The notes under the pieces are model-generated. The model was given only the letters and a program-made list of their open reading frames with translations. It was not told the DNA's origin and searched no databases. The translations under genes and the position numbers were made by a program. DNA of 64,000 nt from Pseudomonadota bacterium (GTDB taxonomy: Bacteria; Campylobacterota; Campylobacteria; Campylobacterales; Sulfurimonadaceae), in contig JAZDQA010000004.1 of NCBI GenBank assembly GCA_043797085.1, positions 96,001 through 160,000 on the forward strand. The letters are read 5' to 3'. This document shows positions 48,396-58,945 of the stretch, in pieces (positions within the stretch are counted from its first letter, which is position 1; each line of letters starts with the position of its first letter).

Positions 48396-49283
48396 ATGCC
48401 AATTATTGCGTTTAAAGAAAGCATATCTGCTTATCTAAAGGAAATTGACTACAAAGCAGAAACGTATAATTTTTCACCTCTGCATACATTCAAAAATAGT
48501 CTTTTGACAGATCCAAATGTAGCCGTAAACATTTACGCAAAGAATGCATTTTATGTTCAAATCAATACTAATGATTTTAACGAAATTTTAACGAATACAT
48601 TTTATTATAACTACTCAAGATTCCAAGAACAAACTAAACAAATAGAATATTTAAAAGTCTCGACAAGTTCTGCTTGGCTTTTAACAACTATCTATTATGC
48701 ATGTTTTTTTGCTGCTAATGAAATAACAAATTTACATGGGGTATACAATTTAACACTTACAGAAGATGATAAAAAAAAATTGATTCCTAGGAATACATCG
48801 AATCAAGATAGCTTAGTTAGAGATTTCTTAACAAAGGGGCCAACCCACTTTGAAGGAAAAGCGAAGGCAATAGCAGATAATAACACTATACAAATTCATT
48901 TTTTTAGTGGAGGGGGGAAACCGCATGAATTAACATGGAATAATTTGAAAAAAGTTCTGTCATATGGTAGCCGTGCAAGTGAAAACCGCCTTAAGCAACT
49001 CACTCGAATAAAAAATATTTTATCAAATATACAGCAATGGAAAAGACCAAATCAAATCCGTAATGAATGGAATTATTCTAAACCGGAGTTATATCTTGAT
49101 GATGGAAATAGACATAAAGATACGATAATTAATTTCCTTGACAATTTTCAAAGTATAAATAGATGGGCAGCAAGAACATCTAGCAAACGCACAAATATTG
49201 ATGATGATGTTATTAGTATACTTTTTTTATTTGAAATACTCAAAAATACACTTGAAGAATACAAACTAAATATATTAAACTGA
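48396..49283 (+). CDS. Hypothetical protein, possible divergent HEPN fold
   Basis: YYACFFAA helix, G.KPH, RNEWNY; 3 bp after the DGQHR gene; AT-rich. Confidence 0.65.
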   Translation: MPIIAFKESISAYLKEIDYKAETYNFSPLHTFKNSLLTDPNVAVNIYAKNAFYVQINTNDFNEILTNTFYYNYSRFQEQTKQIEYLKVSTSSAWLLTTIYYACFFAANEITNLHGVYNLTLTEDDKKKLIPRNTSNQDSLVRDFLTKGPTHFEGKAKAIADNNTIQIHFFSGGGKPHELTWNNLKKVLSYGSRASENRLKQLTRIKNILSNIQQWKRPNQIRNEWNYSKPELYLDDGNRHKDTIINFLDNFQSINRWAARTSSKRTNIDDDVISILFLFEILKNTLEEYKLNILN

Positions 49284-49296
49284 TTATCAAAAACTT

Positions 49297-50418
49297 TTAG
49301 CTCAGTAAATTCTTTGACACCTCCTGCATCATCCCACTAGACTCTTTTCGTTGAAGCGACAAATATTGCTTAACGGTATTAGTATCTGTATGCCCTAAAA
49401 GTGATGAAAGGTGAATCGCATCAACTCCTTGGCTAGAGAGTGCCGACACGGCAAGATTACGCATCCAGTGATAGCCAAACTCTTCAATCCCTGAATCGGT
49501 ACGGATAGAGTAGATATGCTCTCGTATATCGGTGTATTGTCCACCACCGCGAGGAGATTTAAACACCAAGCCCTCTTTACCAGTATATTTGGCAATTTCC
49601 AATAATGCTATTTTTATATCATCTGAAAGGGTAAATTCTAAATCTATTCCTATTTTGCTTTGCTCTCTTGGAATAATGAAAGTCTTATTTTTCAGATCAA
49701 CATTTTCCCATGTAAGAGAAAGGACTTCATTTCGTCGCCGTCCGTAGAATCCAAATAAAAAGATTGCGCGCATAGTTGGATTGTTTTTATAGACGGAGAG
49801 AATACTCTTATAAACTTTTTTATATTTCTCAACGGCGTTATGGATCACTCTTTTTTCTTCCACCATTTTACGAGTAACGCGGTGACTTTTTTTAATGGGG
49901 GATACTTGGATGGATTCATCTTCAATTGCAAGTTCAAATAGAGGGTGCAGGACTTCCGTTAATCTTTTTTGTGATCGCTTGGATAGGTGAGATACGTTTG
50001 CGCCGATAGTGGTCAAATCTGATGACTTAACCGCTGATATTTCTTTATCACCAATAATCGGTTTGATGTATTTGGTGAAATAGCCTTTGAGTTTATATTT
50101 GTGGTCTTCAGACCAGTTGTTGCGTTTAATTTCAAGAAGACGATCAAAATAATCACTTACACTCAAATGAGGACTGGCGGAACTTGATTTATGTGATGCT
50201 TGCGATAACTCCATAATGTATTCATCAAGTACACGGCGAGCCAGTTCAATGTTTCGCCCTTTGGTGTTTCCATCAACCGTAAATGTTTTACGATAGCGTT
50301 TCTGATTGACTCGAAACTCCATAACGAACTTACTATCATTGTCCTTATGAATCTTTAAATTAGGGACTTCATTCCCTTTATAGCTCACTTGTACGTAGTC
50401 CTTTATGTAAGTTCCCAT
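49297..50418 (-). CDS. int: Tyrosine recombinase/integrase
   Basis: GRRRNEVLSL.W, SK, HWMR, LLGHTD...Y catalytic motifs; adjacent to attR. Confidence 0.93.
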   Translation of the reverse strand: MGTYIKDYVQVSYKGNEVPNLKIHKDNDSKFVMEFRVNQKRYRKTFTVDGNTKGRNIELARRVLDEYIMELSQASHKSSSASPHLSVSDYFDRLLEIKRNNWSEDHKYKLKGYFTKYIKPIIGDKEISAVKSSDLTTIGANVSHLSKRSQKRLTEVLHPLFELAIEDESIQVSPIKKSHRVTRKMVEEKRVIHNAVEKYKKVYKSILSVYKNNPTMRAIFLFGFYGRRRNEVLSLTWENVDLKNKTFIIPREQSKIGIDLEFTLSDDIKIALLEIAKYTGKEGLVFKSPRGGGQYTDIREHIYSIRTDSGIEEFGYHWMRNLAVSALSSQGVDAIHLSSLLGHTDTNTVKQYLSLQRKESSGMMQEVSKNLLS

Positions 50419-50432
50419 TTTAATCCCCTTGT

Positions 50433-50458
50433 GGTCTCCATAAAGGTCTCCACTTTTT
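50433..50458 (+). repeat. Paired GGTCTCC repeats, candidate integrase arm sites (right)
   Basis: GGTCTCC at 50433 and 50445, same 12-bp period as the left pair. Confidence 0.65.
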
Positions 50459-50555
50459 AGATATACGATGGTATCCATATCTATTTAAAGAGCTGTTTAA
50501 GTCCCAATATTAGGGAAATTAATCATAAGGAATCGATAGAAATCAGAGTCAACAC

Positions 50556-50580
50556 GGTTCAAATCCCCTTGGAGTCACCA
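50556..50580 (+). repeat. attR: duplicated 3' end of tRNA-Glu
   Basis: Identical to 45117-45141. Confidence 0.95.
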
Positions 50581-50656
50581 CTTCCTCTCAAAAAATCAAT
50601 CCCTTTTAAACTCTTTTCTGCTAAAATTGCACCTATAATTTACCTTAGGAACTTTA

Positions 50657-51955
50657 ATGCTTCGTTTTGCCCCTAGCCCTACCGGAGATATGCACATTGG
50701 CAATCTTCGAGTCGCTTTATTTAACTATATTATGTCCAGAAAACGCGATGAACCACTTTTAGTTCGTATCGAAGATACCGATAAAGAACGCAATATTCCT
50801 GGAAAAGAGGATGAGATACTCGCCATTCTTGCTTTGTTTAAAATCGAACATCAAGAACATCAGCTTCAAAGTAACAATCTCCGTTTTCATCGTGCGATGG
50901 CACTTCAGCTTTTACATGACAAAAAAGCATTTAATTGTTTTTGTACGCCAGAAACACTCGAAGCAAAACGTGAAGCTAGCAAAGAGAATAAAATCGCATA
51001 CCGTTATGACGGTGCATGTGAGAATCTGCACGCAGAACAAGTCATCGACAATCCTCTCCCTTTTACGATCCGAATTAAAAAACCTTCTGATTCCATCACT
51101 GTTCGCGATATTATCAAAGGAGAGTCTACTTTTGCCCCCAATGATATTGACAGTTTTATCATCATGCGTGCCGATAAATACCCAACCTATAATTTTGCGT
51201 GTGCCGTAGATGATATGCTTTCGGATGTTTCACTGATTATCCGTGGAGAAGATCATCTCAGTAATACACCCAAACAAATCGCCATTCAAAAAGCCCTCGG
51301 ATATGATAGAACAATAGAGTACGCTCATCTGCCTATTATTTTAGGTAACGAGGGTAAAAAAATGTCGAAGCGTGATGATGCATCAAGTGTAAAATGGCTT
51401 CTTGAAGAGGGCTTTTTACCTGAAGCTATTACCAATTATCTTATTTTAATGGGCAATAAAACACCGCTTGAAATCTTTTCACTCGAAGAAGCGATTAAGT
51501 GGTTTGATTTAGAGACGATTTCAAAATCTCCTGCCTATTTCGATATTGATAAACTCAAATTTATTAACCGTGAACACTTAAAAGGTCTTGATCCTAAAGA
51601 GCTTTCACGTTACGTAGGGTTTGCTGATGAAGAGATCGGACGGCTTGCCAAAATATTTTTAGAAGAGGTAAGTACACTCAAAGAGCTGCGTGAAAAGATC
51701 AGTGCTATTTTCGCTCCTAAAATTGTTCCGGACGAGTACAAAGAGGGATTCGATGTTTTACGTGATTTAACGATAAAAGCACCTCATTTTGATGATTATG
51801 ACTCCTATAAGAACTATTTGATGAGTCATTCAGGATTAAAAGGAAAAGCACTCTTTAAACCACTTCGAATTTTGATAGGCGGGGCAGAACATGGTCCTGA
51901 GCTTAATGATCTTTATATGCATCTCAAAAATTATCTCAAAGAGGTTGTCAAATGA
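50657..51955 (+). CDS. gltX: Glutamate--tRNA ligase (GluRS2-type)
   Basis: [23 protein letters not shown]; gltX-yggT-slt order as in Helicobacter/Campylobacter. Confidence 0.95.
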   Translation: MLRFAPSPTGDMHIGNLRVALFNYIMSRKRDEPLLVRIEDTDKERNIPGKEDEILAILALFKIEHQEHQLQSNNLRFHRAMALQLLHDKKAFNCFCTPETLEAKREASKENKIAYRYDGACENLHAEQVIDNPLPFTIRIKKPSDSITVRDIIKGESTFAPNDIDSFIIMRADKYPTYNFACAVDDMLSDVSLIIRGEDHLSNTPKQIAIQKALGYDRTIEYAHLPIILGNEGKKMSKRDDASSVKWLLEEGFLPEAITNYLILMGNKTPLEIFSLEEAIKWFDLETISKSPAYFDIDKLKFINREHLKGLDPKELSRYVGFADEEIGRLAKIFLEEVSTLKELREKISAIFAPKIVPDEYKEGFDVLRDLTIKAPHFDDYDSYKNYLMSHSGLKGKALFKPLRILIGGAEHGPELNDLYMHLKNYLKEVVK

Positions 51956-52239
51956 TGGGGAATATTGTTTCAGGTTTAGGCGGAATCGTTCATTCACTGC
52001 TTACCGTTTATATTTGGATTGTTATTATTGGCGCACTTCTCTCATGGGTACGTCCTGATCCTTACAATCCTATCGTTCAGGTTCTTTATCGTCTCACTGA
52101 GCCTGCCTATCGCCTCGTACGTCGTCTGATGCCAACCGTATTTAACGGATTGGACTTGGCACCTTTGATCTTAATTATTACACTTCAAGTTCTTGATGTA
52201 ATATTGGTTAATATCATCAACTCATTGGTTCTTGGATGA
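51952..52239 (+). CDS. yggT: YggT family membrane protein
   Basis: [26 protein letters not shown]. Confidence 0.93.
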   Translation: MMGNIVSGLGGIVHSLLTVYIWIVIIGALLSWVRPDPYNPIVQVLYRLTEPAYRLVRRLMPTVFNGLDLAPLILIITLQVLDVILVNIINSLVLG

Positions 52240-53894
52240 AGCGTTCTTTTTTACTAACGCTTCTGCTTGTTAGTTCAAGCTGGGGAGTTACTCTTGATGA
52301 AATCAATGACAAACCGGCGTCACGACAAAAGAATTTTTTGATTTGGCAATTTTTGCATCAGGACATTAATGCATCTCAAGCCAGTGAAGCCTTTTATCAA
52401 GTGGAAAATGTCAATGAGCGTTTTTTATTCGATTATTCCGCTAAAACCGATGAACCTGAGATCAAGTACACCACCGATTGTCTTCAAAAAAAGGCCTGTA
52501 ATCTTCCCTTTATTGAACAAGATGACTGCTTGATGTTGGCACTGACTCCGTTAAAAGCGACTGCTTTAAAAAATGAAGAGCGTGAAGCTATATCAAGTCG
52601 TCTAAACAATCGCTTTGGCAACATCCAATGGCTGCTTACCCTGAATCAAGAGAGTTTTTACTCCAATATTGATAATCTTCAAAATGAAAATACCCTCTTT
52701 CGTCTTGCCGGTGGACAATTTCGCTATGCTCATTTCAACCACACTGTAACACCTGAAGTACTCAATGCATTAGTGCAAAGTCCTGCTTTTTCCCAAATCG
52801 TTTTTTTAACGGTCACCGATCCAAAAATGGATCAACTGCAGCAATCTCTTTCTGCTGTACCCGTAGGCACCTATGAACCGCGAACGAATTTCTTTTTGGC
52901 TATGAATGCCATTAAATATGGAAATATGGCGAATGCATTAGAACATCTAAAAGTCGCCAAAAAAGGCTATTACGCCTCTATTGACAAAGATAAATGCCTT
53001 TTTTGGCTTTATAAAATAACTCAAGACAGCGCCTATTTAACAGAACTTTCAGAGAGTTTAGACATCAATATGTATGCTCTTTATGCCCGTGAGCTTCTTA
53101 ACTTGCCAACGGAAAATTATTTTATTACACTGCCAACAACCCCTAATCCCAACAGTATCATAGGTATCGATCCGTTTGAATGGAGAGAGTTTTCTCAAGA
53201 AATCATGGCGTCAAAACCTGAGACCCTTGCACCTCTTATCGATCGATGTGATGGTGAAGACTCTATCGCTATTCAAGGCTATGTTCTTGAACGTACCTAC
53301 GAACCTTATATCCATAATTTCACCATGGCATACGATCGGTATATGACATCCCTGACCAATGATCAAAAAGCACTTCTTTATGCACTTATGCGCCAAGAAA
53401 CACGTTTTGTTCCAGGATTAATTTCACGTTCTTTTGCTCTTGGATTAATGCAAATTATGCCATTTAATGTCGATACAATCAGTAAAGTTCATCTTCTTAA
53501 GCCCAGCAATTATTTCGATATGCTAAAACCTGAGTACAGCATCGCATACTCCATTTCTCATCTCAAACATTTGACGGATAAATATTACAATCCTATCTTG
53601 GTTGCGTATGGCTACAACGCAGGATTTGGATCGACAAAACGTCTTCTAACCGACGGAAGCGGTCGATTTTTACCGGGAACGTATGAACCCTTTTTGAGCA
53701 TGGAACTTATGGGAAATGATGAAAATAGAGAATACGGCAAAAAAGTGCTCGCCAATTATGTTATTTATAAAAAGATACTCGGAGAGGAAGTGAAAATCAC
53801 TTCCCTTTTTGATAACTTAGCGCAACCTTCCCAGTCTGATTATTTTCGAGCAGAAGCGTTAAAGTCACAGCAGGTACTGAGTCAAATCGAATAA
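52236..53894 (+). CDS. slt: Soluble lytic transglycosylase
   Basis: YALMRQETRF, ALGLMQIMP, YGYNAG, ENREYGKKV. Confidence 0.9.
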   Translation: MKRSFLLTLLLVSSSWGVTLDEINDKPASRQKNFLIWQFLHQDINASQASEAFYQVENVNERFLFDYSAKTDEPEIKYTTDCLQKKACNLPFIEQDDCLMLALTPLKATALKNEEREAISSRLNNRFGNIQWLLTLNQESFYSNIDNLQNENTLFRLAGGQFRYAHFNHTVTPEVLNALVQSPAFSQIVFLTVTDPKMDQLQQSLSAVPVGTYEPRTNFFLAMNAIKYGNMANALEHLKVAKKGYYASIDKDKCLFWLYKITQDSAYLTELSESLDINMYALYARELLNLPTENYFITLPTTPNPNSIIGIDPFEWREFSQEIMASKPETLAPLIDRCDGEDSIAIQGYVLERTYEPYIHNFTMAYDRYMTSLTNDQKALLYALMRQETRFVPGLISRSFALGLMQIMPFNVDTISKVHLLKPSNYFDMLKPEYSIAYSISHLKHLTDKYYNPILVAYGYNAGFGSTKRLLTDGSGRFLPGTYEPFLSMELMGNDENREYGKKVLANYVIYKKILGEEVKITSLFDNLAQPSQSDYFRAEALKSQQVLSQIE

Positions 53895-54288
53895 AATAAT
53901 ATTTATTCCAGTTGTTTTGAACCGGTATCAATGCACGTCTTGGATCGCTCTCTTTGAGTTCTTCAAGAAGTGTTGGTTTTTGCCCATTCAATGTTAGTGC
54001 ATATCCATGCGCGTATAAATCCCATTTTTTCAAATCACGACTATCCTGTTCAAAATAAACCGCACCAACAAAATACTCCCCATCATTATAGGTTTGTGGA
54101 TAAACCGGATTGAGATAAATAGCTGAAAGAAGAGCTTTGGTCTCAAAAGATTGAACAATAGCTCCCGTACGTAACTGCTCAACAGAGCGTTCATGTGCCT
54201 CATCCATTTTAAAAAGATCAAACGTACCTTTTTGTGCACACCCGCTAAAACCTATTAATGCAATCATTGCTATAGATAAAAATCTCAT
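53797..54288 (-). CDS. Hypothetical lipoprotein
   Basis: Lipobox FSGC; GGAG RBS; 3' end overlaps slt. Confidence 0.8.
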   Translation of the reverse strand: MRFLSIAMIALIGFSGCAQKGTFDLFKMDEAHERSVEQLRTGAIVQSFETKALLSAIYLNPVYPQTYNDGEYFVGAVYFEQDSRDLKKWDLYAHGYALTLNGQKPTLLEELKESDPRRALIPVQNNWNKYYFIRFDSVPAVTLTLLLENNQTGKVALSYQKGK

Positions 54289-54383
54289 ATTACTCCTTAA
54301 ATGGTGTTCTTCTTCGTCATCTTAACAAAATTTCAATGATAGTTGACTATAATTGTATATATATAACTATATGAGGCTTATTT

Positions 54384-54890
54384 TTGAAAAAACGTTTAGC
54401 GGTTGCATTTACCGGTCCTTCTAATAGCGGTAAAACTACATTGATTTTAAAAGTAGCACGTAAATTGATTCATGAACACGGCTTAGACGTTGCCATTATC
54501 AAAAATGACCCGAAAGATAAAGCTCAGTTTGATGTTCCGGGAAAAGATAGCTATAAGTTTAGCGACACAGGGGCAGAAGTAGTAGTAACCTCCCCTACTC
54601 GTACCACCTATTTTTCACATCGACATAAAGAACTGGATGAAATTGTTGCCATGTTCACGGATTTTGATGTATTGCTTGTGGAAGGACTTAAAAATCTTCC
54701 ACTTCCTCGTATCAGTATTTTTAGAAACGTAATTGATACAGACTACTTTCCCTACATGAACGCATTGGCTATTGACGAATCGGTCAGCATCGGTGATTAT
54801 GATTTACCCGATACCGTCGATGTACTGGATTTAAACAACGCAGACAACGTTATCGAATGGATATTAAACAACGCAAAGGTATTAAAATGA
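54384..54890 (+). CDS. mobB: Molybdopterin-guanine dinucleotide biosynthesis protein B
   Basis: [24 protein letters not shown]. Confidence 0.92.
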   Translation: MKKRLAVAFTGPSNSGKTTLILKVARKLIHEHGLDVAIIKNDPKDKAQFDVPGKDSYKFSDTGAEVVVTSPTRTTYFSHRHKELDEIVAMFTDFDVLLVEGLKNLPLPRISIFRNVIDTDYFPYMNALAIDESVSIGDYDLPDTVDVLDLNNADNVIEWILNNAKVLK

Positions 54891-55729
54891 AAGAAATTTT
54901 AGAAGCTATTGAACGCAGCGCTATTCGTATTAAAAGAGCTATTGATGTCAAAGACATAGGTTATTCACAAGAACAAAACAGTTCAGGCGAAACGCAATTA
55001 CAATTGGATATTCAAAGTGATTTGATTATCGAAGAAGAGCTTAGTCATGTAGCTTCGGTACACACCATTGCCAGTGAGGAAAAAGAATTACCGATGCTTT
55101 TAAACGAAGCAGGTCGTTATTTCATTGCCTTTGATCCTCTTGACGGTTCTTCTCTTGTGGATGTAAATCTCAGTGTTGGTTCGATTTTTGGAATCTATGA
55201 GGGCGAGTTTATCGGAAGTAAATTGCTCGCTTCATGCTACGTCGTTTATGGTCCCCGTGTCGAGCTTGTGTTTGCATACGAAGGGACAGTTAAACTTTAT
55301 CTTCTCCAAGAAGGCGAATTTGAATATGTCAAAGAGATCCACTTGGGTGAAAAAGGGAAAATCAATGCTCCCGGTGGAACGCAACAGTTTTGGGCACCGT
55401 ATCACAAAGAAATGATCGATTCATTCTTTGCTCAAGGCTACCGTTTGCGTTATTCAGGTGGGATGGTTCCTGACTTGCACCAAATACTTCTTAAAGGGGG
55501 CGGATTGTTCAGCTATCCGGGTGCAGCCGATAAACCGGAGGGAAAATTACGTCAATTATTTGAAGTATTTCCTTTTGCATTGATCTTTGAAATGGCGGGC
55601 GGACAAGCGGTCGATGGAAATATCCGAGTACTTGACAAAGTCACGGCACATATTCACGATACTTCTCCTTGCTTTTTCGGATCAAAACATGAAATTGCAG
55701 TAGTTTTGGATGTTTATGGACGAAACTAA
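54887..55729 (+). CDS. fbp: Class 1 fructose-1,6-bisphosphatase
   Basis: [28 protein letters not shown]. Confidence 0.95.
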   Translation: MKEILEAIERSAIRIKRAIDVKDIGYSQEQNSSGETQLQLDIQSDLIIEEELSHVASVHTIASEEKELPMLLNEAGRYFIAFDPLDGSSLVDVNLSVGSIFGIYEGEFIGSKLLASCYVVYGPRVELVFAYEGTVKLYLLQEGEFEYVKEIHLGEKGKINAPGGTQQFWAPYHKEMIDSFFAQGYRLRYSGGMVPDLHQILLKGGGLFSYPGAADKPEGKLRQLFEVFPFALIFEMAGGQAVDGNIRVLDKVTAHIHDTSPCFFGSKHEIAVVLDVYGRN

Positions 55730-55910
55730 CAGTGTCTATGAAGGTCGGCTTGATGATGCCAAGCAGTTGCTTGTCGAGTGTCAAATCTCTAAAACACTCG
55801 AAAGCTGTCTAAATTGTTCTGAACTGATAGGGTGTACGATTCGAACACAGTATGTTCGTGCAGTATACGAGAGTATGTCCAAAGGCGAAATCGGCGGATT
55901 TGATTTTTAA
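55716..55910 (+). CDS. Small Cys-rich hypothetical protein
   Basis: CQ...SC.NC...[19 protein letters not shown], between fbp and metG. Confidence 0.75.
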   Translation: MDETNSVYEGRLDDAKQLLVECQISKTLESCLNCSELIGCTIRTQYVRAVYESMSKGEIGGFDF

Positions 55911-55982
55911 CCGATGTTGCGCACATATTGCACAATGTGTGTAAGGTAATTTTTAGGAAAACGATAAAAAAATGAAGGATTC

Positions 55983-57944
55983 TTGCAAGTGAAAAATTAT
56001 ATTACAACCCCTATTTATTATGTTAACGGTGAAGCCCATATCGGTCATGCCTATACGACGTTTATCGCGGATACACTTGCGCGTCATTCTCGCCTTTTGG
56101 GAAATGAAACCTATTTATTAACCGGAACCGATGAACACGGTCAAAAAATCGAAGAAGCCGCAAAAAAACTGGATAAACCTACCCAGCAATTTGCTGATGA
56201 GATCAGTACAACGTTTAAAAACCTATGGGATAGTTTTGATATTAGTTACGATCAATTTATCCGAACGACCGATGAGAAGCATAAGCGCGGAGTTCAAGCC
56301 GCTTTTCTTAAAATGGTTGAAAAAGGGGATATTTATAAAGATTTTTATGAGGGAAATTACTGTGTAAGCTGTGAAACCTTCTTCCCTGAATCGCAACTCA
56401 TGGAGGGTGGATGCTGTCCGGATTGCGGACGTGCTACTACCATTTTAAAAGAAGAGAGCTATTTCTTCAAACTGTCAAAATACGAACAGCCATTACTAGA
56501 GTATTATGAGGCTCATAGCGATTTTATCCTCCCGAAATCACGTAAAAATGAAGTTATAAGCTTCGTCAAAGGTGGATTGCACGATCTCTCTGTCACTCGT
56601 ACAAGTTTTAATTGGGGCGTTCATCTCCCTGAATCTCTCAATGATCCTAAGCATGTTATGTATGTCTGGCTCGATGCTTTGATGAATTACGTTACCGCAC
56701 TGGGATATGGCAACGATGAAGAAAATATGGATTTTTGGCCAGCTACAACCCAGCTCGTAGGAAAAGACATCTTGCGTTTTCATGCTATCTACTGGCCGGC
56801 ATTTTTGATGAGCTTGGATTTACCGCTTCCAAAACATATCGGTGCTCACGGTTGGTGGACACGCGATGGTGAAAAAATGTCAAAATCCAAAGGAAACGTT
56901 GTTGATCCCATCGAAGTGGCAAAACATTATGGCGTTGAAAACTTCCGCTATTTCATGATGAGAGAAGTTCCTTTCGGACAAGACGGTGATTTTTCACAAC
57001 GCGCACTTATTGACCGTATGAATTCGGACCTTAGTAATGATTTGGGTAATCTTCTTAACCGTGTTATTGGAATGTCTGAAAAATATTCTGATTTTCTGAT
57101 TGATAGCGTAGATGTTTTGAAATATCATTCCAAAGAAATAGACGATGCCCATGTCATTATCAATTCTCTCGAAGAGTACATGAAAGATTTACAGCTTCAC
57201 CGATATCTTGAAGAACTATGGAAAGTTTTCACCATTGGGAACAAAGCGATTGAAGAACATGCTCCATGGGTCAAAATCAAAGAGGGGCGCACCGATGAAG
57301 CACTGGCTACCGTTGCTTTAGTTGCGAACTTGTTAGCCAAAGCATCAATGATGCTGCACTCCATTATGCCACACACTACAGCTACCGTTGCGGATGCGCT
57401 AGGGTTTGAAATCAATACCGCCAGCTACAATGATTTGATTCTAAACAAAGCGCTTCTTAAAACCTTTACAATTAAAAAAATTCCTCCCCTCTTCCCTCGT
57501 GTCGATGAACCGTTGATGGATGAAGCACCCAAAGCGATGATGCAAGCAGAGCCTGTTGCGGCGGCAGTTGTTACAGTGAAAATAGAAGAAAAAAAGGTAA
57601 GTACAGTTCCAGAAGAGGGACTTATCACCATCGATCAATTTTTCCAAACATCGTTAAAAATCGGCACCGTAATCGAAGCCCAAGAAGTACCAAAAAGCTC
57701 AAAACTTCTCCGTCTTCAAGTCGATTTGGGTGAAGATGTACCACGTCAGATTGTTGCAGGGATAAAAGAATATTACAGCGCAGAATCTCTCGTAGGGACA
57801 CAAGTGTGTGTTGTTGCTAACCTCAAACCTGCCAAACTCATGGGACTGCTCTCTGAGGGGATGCTACTCGCTGCGAAAGATGCTGATGGTCTTTCTCTTA
57901 TCCGCCCCGAAAAACTACGTGCCATTGGAAGCTCTATTGGATGA
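55983..57944 (+). CDS. metG: Methionine--tRNA ligase
   Basis: HIGH, GTDEHG, Zn knuckle, KMSKS, C-terminal Trbp111 domain. Confidence 0.97.
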   Translation: MQVKNYITTPIYYVNGEAHIGHAYTTFIADTLARHSRLLGNETYLLTGTDEHGQKIEEAAKKLDKPTQQFADEISTTFKNLWDSFDISYDQFIRTTDEKHKRGVQAAFLKMVEKGDIYKDFYEGNYCVSCETFFPESQLMEGGCCPDCGRATTILKEESYFFKLSKYEQPLLEYYEAHSDFILPKSRKNEVISFVKGGLHDLSVTRTSFNWGVHLPESLNDPKHVMYVWLDALMNYVTALGYGNDEENMDFWPATTQLVGKDILRFHAIYWPAFLMSLDLPLPKHIGAHGWWTRDGEKMSKSKGNVVDPIEVAKHYGVENFRYFMMREVPFGQDGDFSQRALIDRMNSDLSNDLGNLLNRVIGMSEKYSDFLIDSVDVLKYHSKEIDDAHVIINSLEEYMKDLQLHRYLEELWKVFTIGNKAIEEHAPWVKIKEGRTDEALATVALVANLLAKASMMLHSIMPHTTATVADALGFEINTASYNDLILNKALLKTFTIKKIPPLFPRVDEPLMDEAPKAMMQAEPVAAAVVTVKIEEKKVSTVPEEGLITIDQFFQTSLKIGTVIEAQEVPKSSKLLRLQVDLGEDVPRQIVAGIKEYYSAESLVGTQVCVVANLKPAKLMGLLSEGMLLAAKDADGLSLIRPEKLRAIGSSIG

Positions 57945-58945
57945 GACTTGAAAACATTCTCGCACTGACCAAAGGGACTCTTCACAGTGACCCTAATATC
58001 AGTCTTTTTGAAACCATTGCTTTTGAAGTTTCAAAAGTAAAGCGAGGATCACTTTTTGTTGCCTACAATCCTGCCGATATTCCTGAAGCTCTGAGTTGCG
58101 GTGCGTACGGAATACTTTTTGATAAACCAACCCAAACGGGCGATCGTGAAGTAGCATGGATCAAAGTTGAAAAGATCGATGATGCACTTAAGCGATTGTT
58201 GCGTTTTTATTTGCTCGAAAAAGATCTGCAAGTGTATGCATGCGATCCCATAACCTTGCATCTTGCTCATGCTGTCTCAACCCCCGGAAATTTTTGTTCC
58301 GTAGAGGGTTCAATGGGTCAGGTTTGGGAGAAGCTATGGCCATTAGAAAAAAAATCCATCGTACTGTATTCCCCTGCTCTTACCGACTCTGAAATATTTA
58401 TCGAAACCAATCAGCTAATACGTGCGCAAGAAACCACCATCACGATTATTGAGCAAACGTTATTTGAAACCTCATTTATCCATCACGATACTTTTTATGA
58501 GCGTCAGATGCTTTCACCGTTTTTCATTCCTTACCTCGAACATCTTCTCTTTTTTTACACTTTTATGCGCATACCGTTTCAGCTCAAAAGCTTTAGTAAA
58601 ATGGGACACTTCAATCCCGTTTTTACCAATAGACGTTTAGAAATAAAAGAATTTGGCAGCAGTGATCGAGTTGTAATATTTGAGCCGTTGCTTGAGCTTA
58701 TTGATGAGCAGATTGATTTTTTACGCGAACAGGCATCGTGGTCAAAAATACTTTATATTTTACCTGATTCAATGAAATCAAGCCTGACCATCGGAATTGA
58801 AAATATTTTATTTTACGGATATCCGGAAGAGATTCTTGCTTTGTTACAAACCAATTCGTTTCATTTTGCCCTAGTTGCAGGAGCGGATAAGAGCATATTA
58901 AATCCTCCCCGCTCTTCCATGCGACAATTGGAACTTGATTTTTAA
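57941..58945 (+). CDS. Conserved hypothetical protein (Mur-ligase-like N-terminus)
   Basis: 334-aa ORF coupled to metG; VKRGSLFVA..A..GAYGI. Confidence 0.65.
   Translation: MRLENILALTKGTLHSDPNISLFETIAFEVSKVKRGSLFVAYNPADIPEALSCGAYGILFDKPTQTGDREVAWIKVEKIDDALKRLLRFYLLEKDLQVYACDPITLHLAHAVSTPGNFCSVEGSMGQVWEKLWPLEKKSIVLYSPALTDSEIFIETNQLIRAQETTITIIEQTLFETSFIHHDTFYERQMLSPFFIPYLEHLLFFYTFMRIPFQLKSFSKMGHFNPVFTNRRLEIKEFGSSDRVVIFEPLLELIDEQIDFLREQASWSKILYILPDSMKSSLTIGIENILFYGYPEEILALLQTNSFHFALVAGADKSILNPPRSSMRQLELDF

Larger units (their letters stand above)
45117..50580. mobile_element. 5.4-kb integrative element at tRNA-Glu (int, xis-like, rolling-circle rep, 2-gene cargo)
   Basis: Exact 25-bp direct repeat GGTTCAAATCCCCTTGGAGTCACCA at 45117-45141 and 50556-50580 flanking a tyrosine integrase. 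Confidence 0.93.

Noticed and set aside
50556..50580. Second tRNA gene
   Set aside because: Only the 3' 25 nt are present; this is attR
45117..50580. Prophage or inovirus
   Set aside because: No capsid, Zot/pI ATPase, terminase or tail genes
53797..53894. 98-bp convergent overlap of slt and the lipoprotein gene
   Set aside because: Both ORFs look intact; tail overlaps are common in compact genomes
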